Source: Lama guanicoe (lineage: Eukaryota). Taken from it: DNA of 64,000 nt. Below the pieces are notes generated by a model. The model made no database searches and was not told the origin of the DNA. It worked only from the letters and a program-made list of their open reading frames with translations. The translations under genes were made by a program, and so were the position numbers. The stretch is taken from the NCBI GenBank assembly GCA_013239625.1, contig MU054187.1, positions 21,579,280 to 21,643,279 of the forward strand, read 5' to 3'. Below, piece after piece: positions 1-12,760 of this stretch. The first letter of the stretch is position 1, and each line of letters opens with the position of its first letter.

Positions 1-1424
1 TGTGAAGCAAAATGATATCTGAAGTGCTTACTTTTGGTGGATTAATAACAGAAATCATAACACAAAATGTACTGTTTTCCTTCATTGTAATGGCTTCAGT
101 ACAAGCGGCAAGCATTAGATAGGCGTATGTTTTGGGATCAATGACTGGGCTCCAACTACTTTCTTTTGTTTATTAGTTCCAAGAAGCAGTTTCTCTGGTC
201 CTTATGTACCAACACAGGCTTGATAGGTAGTATGAGGGCAGAAAACTCAGAGATTTGAAAAGGTTTGTGTTCTCACAGTACCTGCACTGTAGAGATAGGA
301 AGTCTGGAGAGGACGGTAAATCCAAGAGTAGGAATTCTGAGAAAGTGTGAGAGCAAAACAGGCCGCTTTGTCCCTTTTCCACCCAACTCTCACCCTCTCC
401 TGGGCCGGTCCCCAGTGAGCTCTTCTTAGAAGTTTAGAAATTTAGGGATATCTGTGTTCAAGAGAAAGTTTTTCCCGTCGTCAAGCTCTTAATACATCTC
501 CTTAATGAGATGACCTCAACATAGCATTTCTCTGTATCTGTCAGTTGGGGGCATGCCAACGACTAGGCAAAGGGCAGGGTCCTTTTGTGTCTGAAGCATC
601 ATAGAACATTCTATATTAGAAAGCTGCACAGACGATGATCCAGAGCCACCAATATATACAGAAATGATCCAGAAGCCACCAAATATATCCAACATCAAAT
701 ATGGCTCATGTCAAGAGTGTAGACCATAGGGACATTTGAAGCCACTCAAGGAGAGCAGTAAGCAAGTCCAAGTCCAAAGGCACAGGCATGCCTCCTCCTT
801 TCCACATCCACCCTCACGGATCTGAGGTTTCTCTGTGTATGTGCTGCTTGGCTTGTTAAGCAACTCAGAGGAAGAGAATGGAAGAGGAATCCCAGCTGTC
901 ATGTGTGAAACCAATTGACTTAAATAATAATATTTAAATATAGCAGAAGAACCCCTGGATTGAACTAAGTACCTGAGAGTTAAAAATTAATTCTCTGCTG
1001 CTTAAGAAGAAATCAGGCAAGAGCAACAAAAAATATGTTCAGTTAGACAATAAAATCCAACTTTTTTCACCTTTGAGCCTTATGTGGTCTTTCAAAACTA
1101 CAAATGCTATGATGGTAATATCTAATTTGTCTACTTTGTATACACAAAATGTAAATAAAATAATCAGAGAAGATTCAGCTAGTCCAGACTCTAAAGTATA
1201 AAGTACTTGCAAGAGTTGTTTTTAAAAAGGCCGGATTTCTTGAATCCTTAAAATGAGTTGGTGAGAAAGTAAAAAATTAAATGGAGTAAAAATTATTCTT
1301 CCATACAATTCAGCTATTTTAAACATAATAAGGAACAACTTTAAAATATCATGTAACAGTTCTAATATTACTTTCCAAATATCTCTATGCTGAATTACTG
1401 GTTAAAATAACTTGTATTCAAATA

Positions 1425-1760
1425 CTCATTCATTCTATTCATTAATTCATTCAATGTATGTTTATAAAGCATCAAAAGTATCAGACACTGAGGCTACAGA
1501 GACATAATCTTTGCCTGCAGGGATCCTGCGGTCTGACAGGGAGATGGATAGGTACACACATAATTGTAATACAGTGTGATATGTACAATGATACAATAAT
1601 GAATAAGTATAATGGTAGCACACGCTCAGTTTGGCTTGGGACAGTTAGAGAAGACTAGCCAGGCAGAGAAGGAGACAGTGGCAAACCCCAGGAAAGCATA
1701 TGGAGGCCTGCAACACAACAATGGTGTTTCCAGGACTCATGCAAGAATAAGGTTAATTTC
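1425..1760 (-). mobile_element. LINE-2 3' fragment (old)
   Basis: TCATTCATTC...ATTCATTCAA repeat (reverse complement of the L2 tail) followed by L2-like purine-rich sequence; ends approximate. Confidence 0.5.
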
Positions 1761-1941
1761 CATTTGGTCTCTCTGTGGTGCTTCTATGCTCATCTCCAGG
1801 GAAGCCTAGATCCAGGGGACTGACCCTTGGTCAAGAAAGGAATAAATCATAATAGCTAGTGATTAAAACGTGCTGTTTAAAATTCGAAAATCCACGAGGC
1901 ACTCTGTATTTGCTTGTCTACATTGTTTATTGAAAATGAAT

Positions 1942-3405
1942 AGACTTCTGCTTCTGGCCAAGATGCAGTCACAGGGGTTGAAACTAAAAATCTGACAACA
2001 CACATGAGACAGCAGCTTTCAAGACATTGAATGTAATTAAATAAAGGACAGTGATCCTGAGATACAGGAAATAAATAATTTAAGCCCAACAATTGCCCCA
2101 GTTTACTGTCTGGAGATAAGTTTCTGGTTAACGGCAGTGAGAAGGAGCACAGGCAAAACCCTAAGTTAGCCTACACGAATTGAAGACATGGTACAGGGCC
2201 GTGTATAGAAGAGGCAAGAGCTGTATAGAGACAGCACTCCAGAGATCATCAGAGGTTCTTCCTTGAGTACCTAGTTGAGTATTTATCAGCACTTGCATAT
2301 GAGGGAACTACCTGAGTTTGAGGAATAAACACCCCAAAAAGAGAAGAGTGCCCAGAAATCTCGTAGCACTGGAAAGTCTCAATATCCAATAGTCAAAGTG
2401 GGAAATTTCATAATTTACTGAATATTGGCTACAGTATTAAAAAGGATCTTGCCTCAGTAGTGGGGAAAAACTATCCCTAGACTAAATGTTGCTCTGGTAC
2501 CACCTAACAAAGCTTAAAACAAGACCCAAAATATTCTGACTATAGCATTGAATCACAAATTATCAGGCACATAAAGTACAGAAGATATGACCCATAATGA
2601 GGAGAAAAATGAGTCAAATGGAACTGAACCAAAAGTGATACAAATGATGGAATTAGTGGGCAAGGACATCATAACAGTTATTACACTGTGTTCATTATGT
2701 TCACAAAGCTAGAAGAAATTTAAATGTACTAAGCAGAGACATGGAAGATGTTTTTAAATACCCAAATCAAACTTCTAGAAATGAAAAAATACAATGTCTG
2801 AGATAAAAGATACACTGGATGGAAGTTGTGCTATAATTATAAAATGGAATATTACTCAGCCATAAAAAGAATAAAATAATACCATTTGCAGCAACATGGA
2901 TGGACATGGAGATCATCATTCTAAGTGAAGTAAGCCAGAAAGAGAAAGAAAAATACCATATGATATCACTTATATGTAGGATCTTAAAAAAAAAACAAAA
3001 CACAAATGAACTTATTTACAATACAGAAACAGACTCACAGACATAGAAAACAAACTTATGGTTACCAGGGCAGAAAGAGGGTGGGAAGGGATAAATTGGG
3101 AGTTTGAGATTTGCAGATACTTCTATATATATAATATAGATAAACAAATTTATACTGTGTAGCACAGGGAACTATTTCAATATCTTGTAGTAACCCATAA
3201 TGAAAAAGAATATGAAAACAAATATATGTATGTATATGTGTGACTGATACATGCTGCACGCCAGAAACTGATACAACATTGTAAACTGACTATACTTCAA
3301 TTTAAAAACATTTTTTAAAGATACACTAGATGGGATTAACAACAGGTTAGACATGGCAGGAGAAAAGATTAGGGAATTTGAATACATATCAATGGAAACT
3401 ACCCA
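1942..3405 (+). mobile_element. Old LINE-1 5'UTR/ORF1 fragment, split by a younger L1 at 2823-3316
   Basis: Starts GACTTCTGCTTCTGGCCAAGATG (old L1 5' motif); degenerate ORF1-like sequence at 2530-2822 resumes at 3334 (GATTAACAACAGGTTAGACATGGCAGGAGAAAAGATTAG). Confidence 0.65.
2823..3316 (+). mobile_element. 5'-truncated LINE-1 3' end with target-site duplication
   Basis: ORF2 end and 3'UTR (ATGGAATATTACTCAGCC...GACTATACTTCAAT); 17-bp TSD AAAGATACACT(G/A)GATGG at 2806-2822 and 3317-3333, one mismatch. Confidence 0.9.
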
Positions 3406-3429
3406 ATATTTGCATATATTATAAAAAGA

Positions 3430-3760
3430 TATATTGATAGTTTACACCTGGTTTAGTCGGTTATGCAGTCTGGCTTTAGCAACATGACCAGTAGCTTGTA
3501 AAAGATCCCACAGTAAACTTGTGCTTTGGCTTCCCTAAGACCAAGATATTTTGCACTCTCTTGGTGGTTCATAATCTGAAGATGAGGCACATTTTGTACA
3601 AAGAAAAAGCCTTATGAGCTGTACCTGGAAGTTTCACACCTCTGTGATATTTATATACGTTATCTTTCTCCCGCTATGCCATATCCTGTATCTGTATTAA
3701 AGTCTTGCATGACTACACCTTGTGTAGTTTTGTGTTCAATTATAGGACATTGTGTAATTA
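3430..3760 (+). mobile_element. Degenerate LTR fragment (ERVL/MER21-MER77-like)
   Basis: Motifs GGCTTCCCT, CCTGGAAGTTTCAC and CTGTATTAAA resemble old LTRs; family uncertain. Confidence 0.35.
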
Positions 3761-3904
3761 AAAGAAAGTATATAGTTTTTTGAAAGAGGGGAAGTAGAAT
3801 GTAGTCAATAATAGCATGATAATTCAAGGTGGACTGGATTTCTGTTTCTCCTGTGAGAATAGAATGAAATTTAAGAGAGACAACATAGTGAGGTAGATAA
3901 GAAT

Positions 3905-4005
3905 ATGGACCCTAGGGTCAGAACAGAACCCCTCTGTCCAGTTCCTAGCTGTGTGGCCTTGAGCAGATTGTTTGACCTTTCTGTATCTCAATTTCCTCAT
4001 CACTA
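3905..4005 (+). mobile_element. MIR SINE fragment
   Basis: Core CTAGCTGTGTGGCCTTGAGCAGA...TCTGTATCTCAATTTCCTCATC. Confidence 0.7.
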
Positions 4006-4477
4006 TCTGGCGAATCTGGCAAATAGCAAACACTATATGAATGTGTGCTATTAATTTGATTTCACTTCTATCCATAGGCTCACTGAAATCTGAAAAATAT
4101 TCCTATTTCATTCATTTTACCAATTAATAATATTGTCCTTAAGACTGGGATTAGATATTTATTCCCAAAACCAAAAACAAAACAAGAAAATAAGGAAGAC
4201 TGTACCTCATAGTGAATAAAGTATCTTTTATCTCAATTTTTAAAAAGTAGTTTTTGTCAACAGGGCTACATAAAATTGACATCTGCCTCAATAAACTAAA
4301 ATACTTATTTTTGATCTTAAATAATATAAAAGCATATGTATTTGGAGTTACAGAAGATATTCTAGAATGAATAAACAAAGAAAACTGAACAATTCACTAG
4401 AGAGAATGATGTCATGCATGGGTGAAATAAATCTTTTCTTTAAAACCACTAAATCGACTCAGAATCATATACTGTAC

Positions 4478-4486
4478 CTTGGATGA
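4478..4486 (-). CDS. Candidate 9-nt frame-preserving microexon (TCATCCAAG) of an unidentified minus-strand gene
   Basis: Minus strand reads gctaat (branch-like) ...tctgtctctttctttccttctgcag|TCATCCAAG|gtacagt; TGCATG lies ~55 nt downstream; no stop in any phase. Confidence 0.6.
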
Positions 4487-4793
4487 CTGCAGAAGGAAAG
4501 AAAGAGACAGAATAATTTATATCACTATATTAGCCCAGCATCTTTGAATATTAATAAGTTATTGCAACCTGCTTCACTAGCTCAAGTGCTTATCTATGTA
4601 TATCAAGTTAATAAACCCACAGTAAATTTAATGCTATTTCTTCATTTCAGCTGTAAAGTGGCCAAAGGACTTTGCATTTCAAAATATTCTGTCTTCAAAG
4701 CACACTTTGAAAACGAAAAATGTTAATTGTAGTTAATAAAAACATAATTTATTAAGAAGCTTATTTGGAGGGAAGTACAGAGTGAGTTATCTT

Positions 4794-5277
4794 TGTCAAG
4801 AACAGTGAAAGGCTTCAAGTTTTATGCAAAGAAGTTAGCCTGTTATTATTTTATGGATATTGAGAAAGACACAAGACTCTTGGGTAAAGAGGCAGAAGCC
4901 TTTATCACTTATGCCACAACAAGCAGTGTGAGCTTCACGTTTACGCTGGTCAGTTCCCTTTACCCCCAAGTTCCCGTGATAAGAAGAGGCTCAGGTGGAT
5001 GTTGCAGATGTAGTTGGCTTTTGTCGAGCTGAGGGAACTCAAGTCATTTATGGGGGCTGGAGGAAAATCTGCTCTTTGCTGTGGAGGGAGCCAGCTTTAT
5101 CATACTGGACAGTAAGAAATTCCACTTTTGTTCAGGAAGGAGATACTGTATTTATCTGCCAAGGCTGTTCACTCTAGGAACATCCTTGGACAGATAGTCT
5201 AGAACACAGGCTGTCAATACTTCTGCTTGTAAGACATTCATAAACAAAAGAGACCCATGGAAAACTGCCTCCTAATA
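4794..5277 (-). mobile_element. ERV1 solo LTR, MER34A-like
   Basis: Minus strand starts TATTAGGAGGCAGTTTTCCATGGGTCTCT and ends GTTCTTGACA, matching remembered MER34A termini; ~480 bp. Confidence 0.75.
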
Positions 5278-5856
5278 ATCCATTAGGGTATTTTAATACC
5301 GAATGGCTACCTTCAATTTTGCCCAATTAATTAAGTATATTGACTGGATCTCACATGACCAAGACATAAATTCAAAATGGGAAACAAAGGCAAAAACTGA
5401 CCCACCACTCTGTTCTGTCACCATCATATCTCCTCTTCCCTGCCTCTATGGCCACTTCTGGTAAGTTCCTCAGTCACAATTGGCCATTCCCTGACAGACA
5501 CATTGCTAAAGCTCTTGATGCTTCAATCTTCCATCAACTGCAGTTGTGTTCAGGGCAATAACAAAAGGTGGGAAAATCCAGGGAGATAGCAGTGTCACCC
5601 GTGGAGCAGCTGATGAGTGGGAAATGTAGGTGTCACTGAGGCAACAGCAGCCAAGTCAATGAAAGCCAGATGAAAAGAGCTGAAGAAATTGTGACTGAGC
5701 AGCAAGATGATGGACAGAATTATTGGCCTTCATGGAGCTCCCAAATGATAAATAGGGTAACTTAAAAATCCACTGTGATGTCAGGCCCTGTTTTAGTGCT
5801 GGAAACACATAACAGTGAACTGCCTAATGGAGTTGACAGTTTAAAGGCCGAAAACA

Positions 5857-7385
5857 CAAAGCAAACTTAAGAAAGAAAGAGCTGGAGACATCACATTCCC
5901 TGATTTCAAACTACACTACAAAGCTAAAATAATCAAAATTGTATGGCACCAGCACAAAACCAAGACACTTGGATCAACAAAACAGAATAGACAGCCAAGA
6001 AACAAACTCATGCTTATATGATCAATTAATTTATGACAAAGGAGCCAAGAGTATACAGTGGGGAAAAGACATTTATTCATTCAATAAATGATGCTGGGAA
6101 AACTGGACAGGTAGAGGCAAAAGGATGAAACTCCATCACTTCCTCACACTATATACGAAAATAAACTCAAAATGGATCAAAGGCTAGAGTGTCAGATCTG
6201 AACCCATAAAACTCCCAGAAGAAAACACAGACAGTATGCTGACATCGGTCTTAACAATATGTTTTTGGATCTGTCTCCTCAGGCAAGGGCAACAAAAGAA
6301 AAAATAAACAAATGGGACTACATCAAACCAAGAAGCTTCTGCACAGCAGAGGAAGCCAATCACGATATGAAAAGGCAACCTACTGAATGGGAGAAGATGT
6401 TCGCAAATAATATATCCTGTGAAGGATTAATATCCAAAATACATGAATAACTCACACAACCCAATATGAAAAGACAAGCAATTTGATTTAAAAGTGGGCA
6501 GAGGACTTGAATAGACATTTTTCCAAGGAAGACATTCAGACAGCCAACAGACACACGAAAAGATGCTCAACATCGCCAATCATCAGGAAATGCAAATCAA
6601 TCAAAAGCACAATGAGATATCATTCATGTATGTGAGGATGGCTATTATCAAAAAGACAACAAATAACAAGTATTGGTGAGGATGTAGAAAAAAGGAAACT
6701 CTTGGTGAGAATTAAATTGGTGCAGCCACTATGGAAAACGGTCTGAAGTTTCCTCAAAAAGTTAAAAATAGATCTACCATACGATCCAACAAACCACTGC
6801 TCATTTATCTTTATCCAAAAAAACCCCCAAAACATTAATAAGAAAAGATATATGCACCCCTGTGTTCACTGCATCATTATCTACGATAGCCAACATATGG
6901 AAGCAATTTAGGAACCCAGTGTGTATACACACACACACACACACACACATATTATTCAGCCACAAAAAAAGAACAGAGTCTTGCTATTTGTGACAACATG
7001 AATGGATCTAGAGGGTATTATACTAAGGAAATAAGTCAGACAGAGAAAGAAAAAGATTATATGATTTCACTAATATATTAAATCTAAAAAATACAACAGA
7101 GACTGACTCATAGATATAGAAAACAAACTAGTGGTCACCAGCAGGGAAGGGCGTGGGGGAAATGAGCAAAACAGGTGAAGGGAATTAAGTGGTATAAATT
7201 TCCAGTTAAAAAATAAATAAACCATAGGGATGTAATTTACAACATAAAGAATATTGTCAATAATATTGCAATAAGCCTGCATGGTGCATAATCTTAGAAA
7301 AATATCAAATCACTGTTATACACCTGAAGCTAATATAATATTGTATGTCAACTATACTTATAAAGATAATTAATAAATAAATAAC
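5857..7385 (+). mobile_element. LINE-1 ORF2 3' part plus 3'UTR, degenerate
   Basis: GCTGGAGACATCACATTCCCTGATTTCAAAC...; ORF 6259-6450 gives L1 ORF2 peptide KINKWDYIK...MKRQPTEWEK; A-rich tail near 7370-7385. Confidence 0.92.
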
Positions 7386-7969
7386 AGGAAACAAGAGATA
7401 TGAGTAAAATGCACAGTGTGCCATATAATGTGCCCTGTCTGGTGGTGACTTTCAACCCTCCTATGATGATGAAAATTCATTCTTCTGCAGACGAGTATGT
7501 GCTTGACATTGACACATTGGGTATTCTCTAAACGGAGAATACAGGAGGTACGCTGGACACTTTACACCCCAGAATAACCACTGGAGTCAGATCTCCTATT
7601 TGACACAAGAATCTTCTCTACAACAACTATCAAATGGTCATTCCATTTTGTTTGAACAGGTCCAATGCCAGACAAGGCACTAGTACAATTCTCTTTTTAA
7701 AAAATCCTTATATACCTTTATTTTAGACATGGGTGCTCATCTTTCTGTAGAACAGATTCCTAGAAGTAGAACTACTGAGGAAAGGGACATGCATATTTCA
7801 CACGTTGATAGCTACTAGTAAATTCTGCACATGCTTACACACAAAACCACATGCTGTACCGATTTCCATGATCTGCATGGCAGTCACAGAAAGACAGTCT
7901 ACAACTCAGACTCAGAACGGATACTCTAATAGCTCAGCTGATCCCTCACAGATCAGTTTACCTTGGTTT

Positions 7970-8410
7970 AGATAAGTATTCAACACAGTCTCAATGAATA
8001 TTCCAGGACATACTTGGTGAATTTTGACAAACCGGTTCCAAAATTTATGAAAAGGCAAAAAAAAAAAAAAACAAGACTAGTCAACACAATATTGAAAAAT
8101 AAGAAAAAAGTTGGAGGACAGACACTATCCAACTTCAAGACTTACAACTGCAGTGATCAAGACAGTGTGGCACTGGTGAAAGGACAGACAAATAGATGAA
8201 CAGAACAAACAGGGAGCCCACAAACAGAGCCACACAAATACAGTCAAGCGATCTTTGACAAAGGTGCAAAGGTGCAAAGGTAATTCAATGGAGTAAGGGT
8301 AGTAATATTTCCCCCATATTACGTTGGAACAATTGGACATACATTTGCCAAAAAAAAAAGTCAAAATGGGTCATTGAAATAAATAGAAAGTTCAAAGCTT
8401 AGATGTGAAA
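7970..8410 (+). mobile_element. Old LINE-1 ORF2 fragment
   Basis: AAAGTTGGAGGACAGACACTATCCAACTTCAAGACTTAC...ATCTTTGACAAAGGTGCAAAGG. Confidence 0.8.
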
Positions 8411-9149
8411 TTAAAGGAAGTAATGTCTAAGATCTCTCTGAAAAATTAGCCTCATGGTATATGTTGGAGGAACACCAGGAAGTTCTTCAACCTGGCAAAT
8501 CCCAGTGATTCTGTTGACTCTGATTCCTTCCAAACACAATGTAATTTCCAGAGAAGTCTCTGAAAGCACCAACTACAATCACCTTTAGCTGCTATTCTAA
8601 AGCACACTGGCCAGTATACAGAGTCTCTCCAGAGACTTACTGACGGACGCTTTTGCCTTCTGCCACCAACACAGACCCCTCCATCATTCCCCAAGATGGC
8701 CAATAACCCACTGTAACCCTCCACTGGTGATCTCCACACATAAATTATAGTTTTTCAATAGGCAAAGACATCTCCCTTAGTATCTGGAGGGTAACGATTG
8801 CCAGTAAGGTAATCTGTCACTGCAGGCAGAACTGTCCTTCCCTTGGTTGTGGCTGGAAAGCATCACAAACCTCAAAGGAAACAACACTGTTAGCTTTAAG
8901 ATGCCCTTTGCTCTGTTGGCCATCATGTCCTATATGCTCTTCACAGTCTGTGGTGGTCTAGGAGAGCAGGATGAGGTTAGGTAGAGGGGGACTGGGCAGG
9001 TCTCAGTCACCGTTAAGGGGCAGCTCATTATTTTTCCTCTTGTGCTGACCTGGATAACGTCCCTCACATTTGGGTGCATAGATGATGCATATTCTCTACA
9101 GCACAGCTGTCGCTGCCTTTGTCCCATGGAGGAATATGGCCTTTTGACA

Positions 9150-9608
9150 TGAAGTTAATAGACTGCCAGATATTTCTCCAGCAAAGATGGGTTTATTAAG
9201 GAGAGGACTGCAATTCAGGGTCTGTAACCATGGGGAGCCACATGCAAATTCCTGCACAGAAAAGAGAGAACACTTTTACAGAGAGGAACAGGCAGTTGGG
9301 AGGGTTATAGTAAGCAAAGAGACCAGTGTAGTGAGGAAAGCAGTCAGTGACAGTGGGTTCGACTGTGGGTACCATACCTGGTTTACTCAACCCCCCAGAG
9401 CCTCGGGGGCCTTCTTTGGTCCCCATATAGGCTACAAAAATATTGACTTGAATAAATAGACTCCCAGAGATTTTTCTAGCAAAGTAGGTCACATGCAAGT
9501 TCCTGCATGGCAAGGGAAGGAGAATGCTTTACGCTTTTATAGAGAGGAAGAGGAATTTGGAAGGGCTATGGTAAACAAAGTATCCATGGCTTTTCATTGG
9601 CTGAGTCC
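9150..9608 (-). mobile_element. ERV1-type LTR fragments, two related copies separated by a leader-like segment
   Basis: Homologous blocks at 9157-9325 and 9455-9590; TTTATT (minus-strand polyA signal) in copy 1. Confidence 0.5.
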
Positions 9609-10599
9609 AGCTTAGTGTGGGCACATTAAAAAAAAAAAAGTTAATTGACTAAAAAAAAGGAGTTTGTGCCAAAGTGGCATGGTATTCCAATACTTCATTA
9701 AAAATTAATATAATGTTCAAAACTTCAGAATAAATACAATCTAAACACATAGAAGACATGCAAAGTTGTTTGGTCTCATTTAGTTATTCACTCATTCATT
9801 CATTTATATTTACCAGATGTCATTAAGCACCAAACATTTCCATATTAAAAACCAAGTGCCCATCATTTTCAGCTATACAAGTCATTTTATTATGTGTTTC
9901 TGCCTGAGGAGGATAAAATGTATTTTATAGTTCCAACGGAGCTGATAAGATATACATTTCTGACAGGTAAAATATATGTTGCTTTTTTCTTTTTTGTATT
10001 TGCTTCACTGAAATCTAGCAAATAATTTGTTTAAGAGAGTCACTTTTGAAACTTAAAACTCTCAGTTATTTTGACTAGGCAATTATAGAAAATATTTAAC
10101 AAATCATTAATCATTTTAAAATCATTTTGCCAAATAGTTTATTATAAAAACTCATAAACTAGAATTAGCCAGATGTTATCACATTCTTTTGAGAATGTTA
10201 TTTTTTTTTAGAATAGGCAACCAACCACTATATTATTAAGTTTATAATCTAAACACAGAGAAACTACTGAGTTCATGTCCTTGATTTAACGATGAAAAAT
10301 ATATTCCTCAAAATAATATTAATCTCTAAGCTACAATAGCTGATTTTCCAAATTCAGGTCTCATAACAAAGTTGCTATGTTTACACTGTGAATATAAAGT
10401 AACAAAATGAATTTTTTCACAAGTACATCAGAAAGTGTGCAACTAAATATGTTTCATGACTCAAAATAGTCATCTTGAGACATTTTAAAGTTATTATAAG
10501 AATGTTACTGAATGTTAAGAATTATAAGAATGTCCTCCAAATATTTATTATGGCAGTAATAAAGAGAAGTCTCTGGATCTTTGAGATAGACTTCAGAGT

Positions 10600-11395
10600 G
10601 AAGTCTTGGCATTTTACATGGTCTTGAAGGGTAAGTAGGTGTCTTCCCATGCACATGCATGACATATGCAAAAACAAAAATTACAGAAGGAAGGATTGGG
10701 CCTCTATAATTATCAGTGGCTTGGTGAAATTGTGTGAGAGTAGAGATGGAAAGATGAAGGAGAGGGGCCTCAAGAAGTAACCAAAAACAATGTCGCTGTG
10801 GTCCTTGTGTATCATGCAAAGAAGTTTGGTGATAACCCTACACACGACAGGATAGCACAATGGAATTTGCATTTTAAAACAAATATTTTGGTCATAATAT
10901 GGAGGACAAATTATAGAGGTATGAGGCTGTAGGAAAGACCAGTTAAGAAACAAGTGAGCGCTAACTACAGTCAGAGTGAGGCATGATTTGAGAATTATTT
11001 AGAAGGTAGAATGGATGGGAGTTAGTGACATATTACACAGGCTTTGATGGAGATGGAGTGTAGGGTGACTCTGAGATTCCTGACTGTGTGATTGAGTAGA
11101 TAGTGGCACTATTGCTGATAAAGGAAAACAAAAAGGGGTCATATGAGGGCAAAAAAATGTGTTCAAATTAGAAGACGCTGCCCTCTATGTGTATGTGGAA
11201 TTTTTGAACTGAGTCTGAATTCAAGAGACTGATCCAGCCTTGTTACATGAATATATGAGTAATGAGGTTATATGATACATGTGATAAATAAAACCAGGAA
11301 TCTGACAAATTCACCCAGAAATCATGTAAGATAAAAAGAAAGGAGAACCAAGACAGAACTGAAAGTGAAAGATAGTACGGCATAGTAGGCAGAAG
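10600..11395 (-). mobile_element. LINE-2 fragment
   Basis: L2-like motifs GGAAAGACCAGTTAAGAA, TTTAGAAGGTAGAAT, GGTGACTCTGAGATTCCTGACT. Confidence 0.6.
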
Positions 11396-11399
11396 TGTA

Positions 11400-12760
11400 G
11401 TCAACTGTTAACAAGTTGTGGAATCAGGATTTGGATTGAGGTCCATCTCTCCCAAGGACACATAAATGCTGCCAGTAGCACTATAACAAGAGAAGGGTGG
11501 CCTTTGTGCCAACATAATGGTAGAATCGTAGACAATTTGAGTGGAGCATTTTCATGGGTACCACAGTCTACCTGGCCCTGCACAGCTCTTCCATGACTTC
11601 CATAGATCTCTCTTCCTGAAAGGAAAGTTCTGAAATAGAATTTGATGGGACCACTACAGCCAGTGTCACCGTAGCTGATCTCAGAGCCACAGCTGGAACT
11701 CACTCCCTCTCCCTTACATTCTATATTTTCCTCCTCCACAGTTGTCATCTTGGCGGGTCTTGGTGGATTTTCCAATGGTGGGACCCAAACCTACATCTCT
11801 GAGAGGCTATATCCTTCTCAGTCCAGGGTGGATACACGTGTTTGTTCACGATTACGATGGGACAAGAGAGTGCGAGGAGGAACCCACAAGGATCACCTAG
11901 TTTCCACACATATTCCTCTCTATGTAAAAGCAACCTACCTCCTCCTTACGGATCAGGGTCAATCCCCCTTTACAGAACAGAGACTCCTTTTCTTATCTTC
12001 TGGTCCCTGGACACCAAGAGTTAGAAATACCCTGGCAGTAGCCATAACTTGATATTCGTTAGAGCCCTTGCTGTGGTTCCTGGCAAAAGTGTGTCCCCCT
12101 GGGGAAACAGGACCCTGAACCTACAGAGTGGAGACCATTGGGGATAAGAAGCATAAATTCCCCAGATACACTGGGAGTGAATGTAGGTGGGGCACTCCTA
12201 CTTCTGCCTCTTGTCTCCTGGACCAGACATCTTTCTTACTGGGGATAGAGCACCATATAAAGATCCCTGATTTTATGTATGTATTACATCCTGACAGACA
12301 GCATCCCAACCAGAGTGGCTCCTCTGAGCCGGCACTTCAGCTTTGCCTTTTGAAGGCCATGCCAGCATTCTATGGGGCCAGCTGCTTCTGAGGGTGTGCT
12401 CTAATATATCCAAGGGAGCTCATCGCCATTGGTAGGCTCCCCTAGTCAGATGTTGTGCTGTGTGGTGTTCCATGACTGTGGACCAAGCATTCCATAAGCC
12501 CCCAGATAATGGTGATGGCTGAGGCTCTGCAGGCAGGAAAGGCAAATCACATTCAGAACTGGATAGACATCAACTTGCTACCAAGTAACTGGCTGGTCTC
12601 CTTAAGGAATAATGTCATTTAGGGATGGGGGGACTCTGCTCTGTTCTGTTTCTGACAGGTTGAGTGTTTAGAGGCAGTAGTTCCTAGATCAGCCTTTGTA
12701 AATGGGGATCCATGCTTTTGGGTGAGTCCAGGCAAGGCCTCTATCGATGTCGTTATCACC
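11400..12760 (-). mobile_element. ERVL/MaLR internal sequence with integrase-like remnant
   Basis: Minus strand at 12335-12388 translates EAAGPIECWHGLQKAKLK (cf. ERVL integrase EAAGLIERWNGLLKxQL), followed by GWDAVCQDVIHT*NQ; stops and frameshifts present. Confidence 0.8.

Noticed and set aside
8450..9145. Retroviral env remnant (minus-strand FMCG and WRGLC-like motifs)
   Set aside because: Motifs are short, in different frames and interrupted by stops; not supportable without BLASTX
9931..9966. 36-nt + strand exon (tag|...CAG|gtaaaa)
   Set aside because: Poor pyrimidine tract and no recognisable peptide
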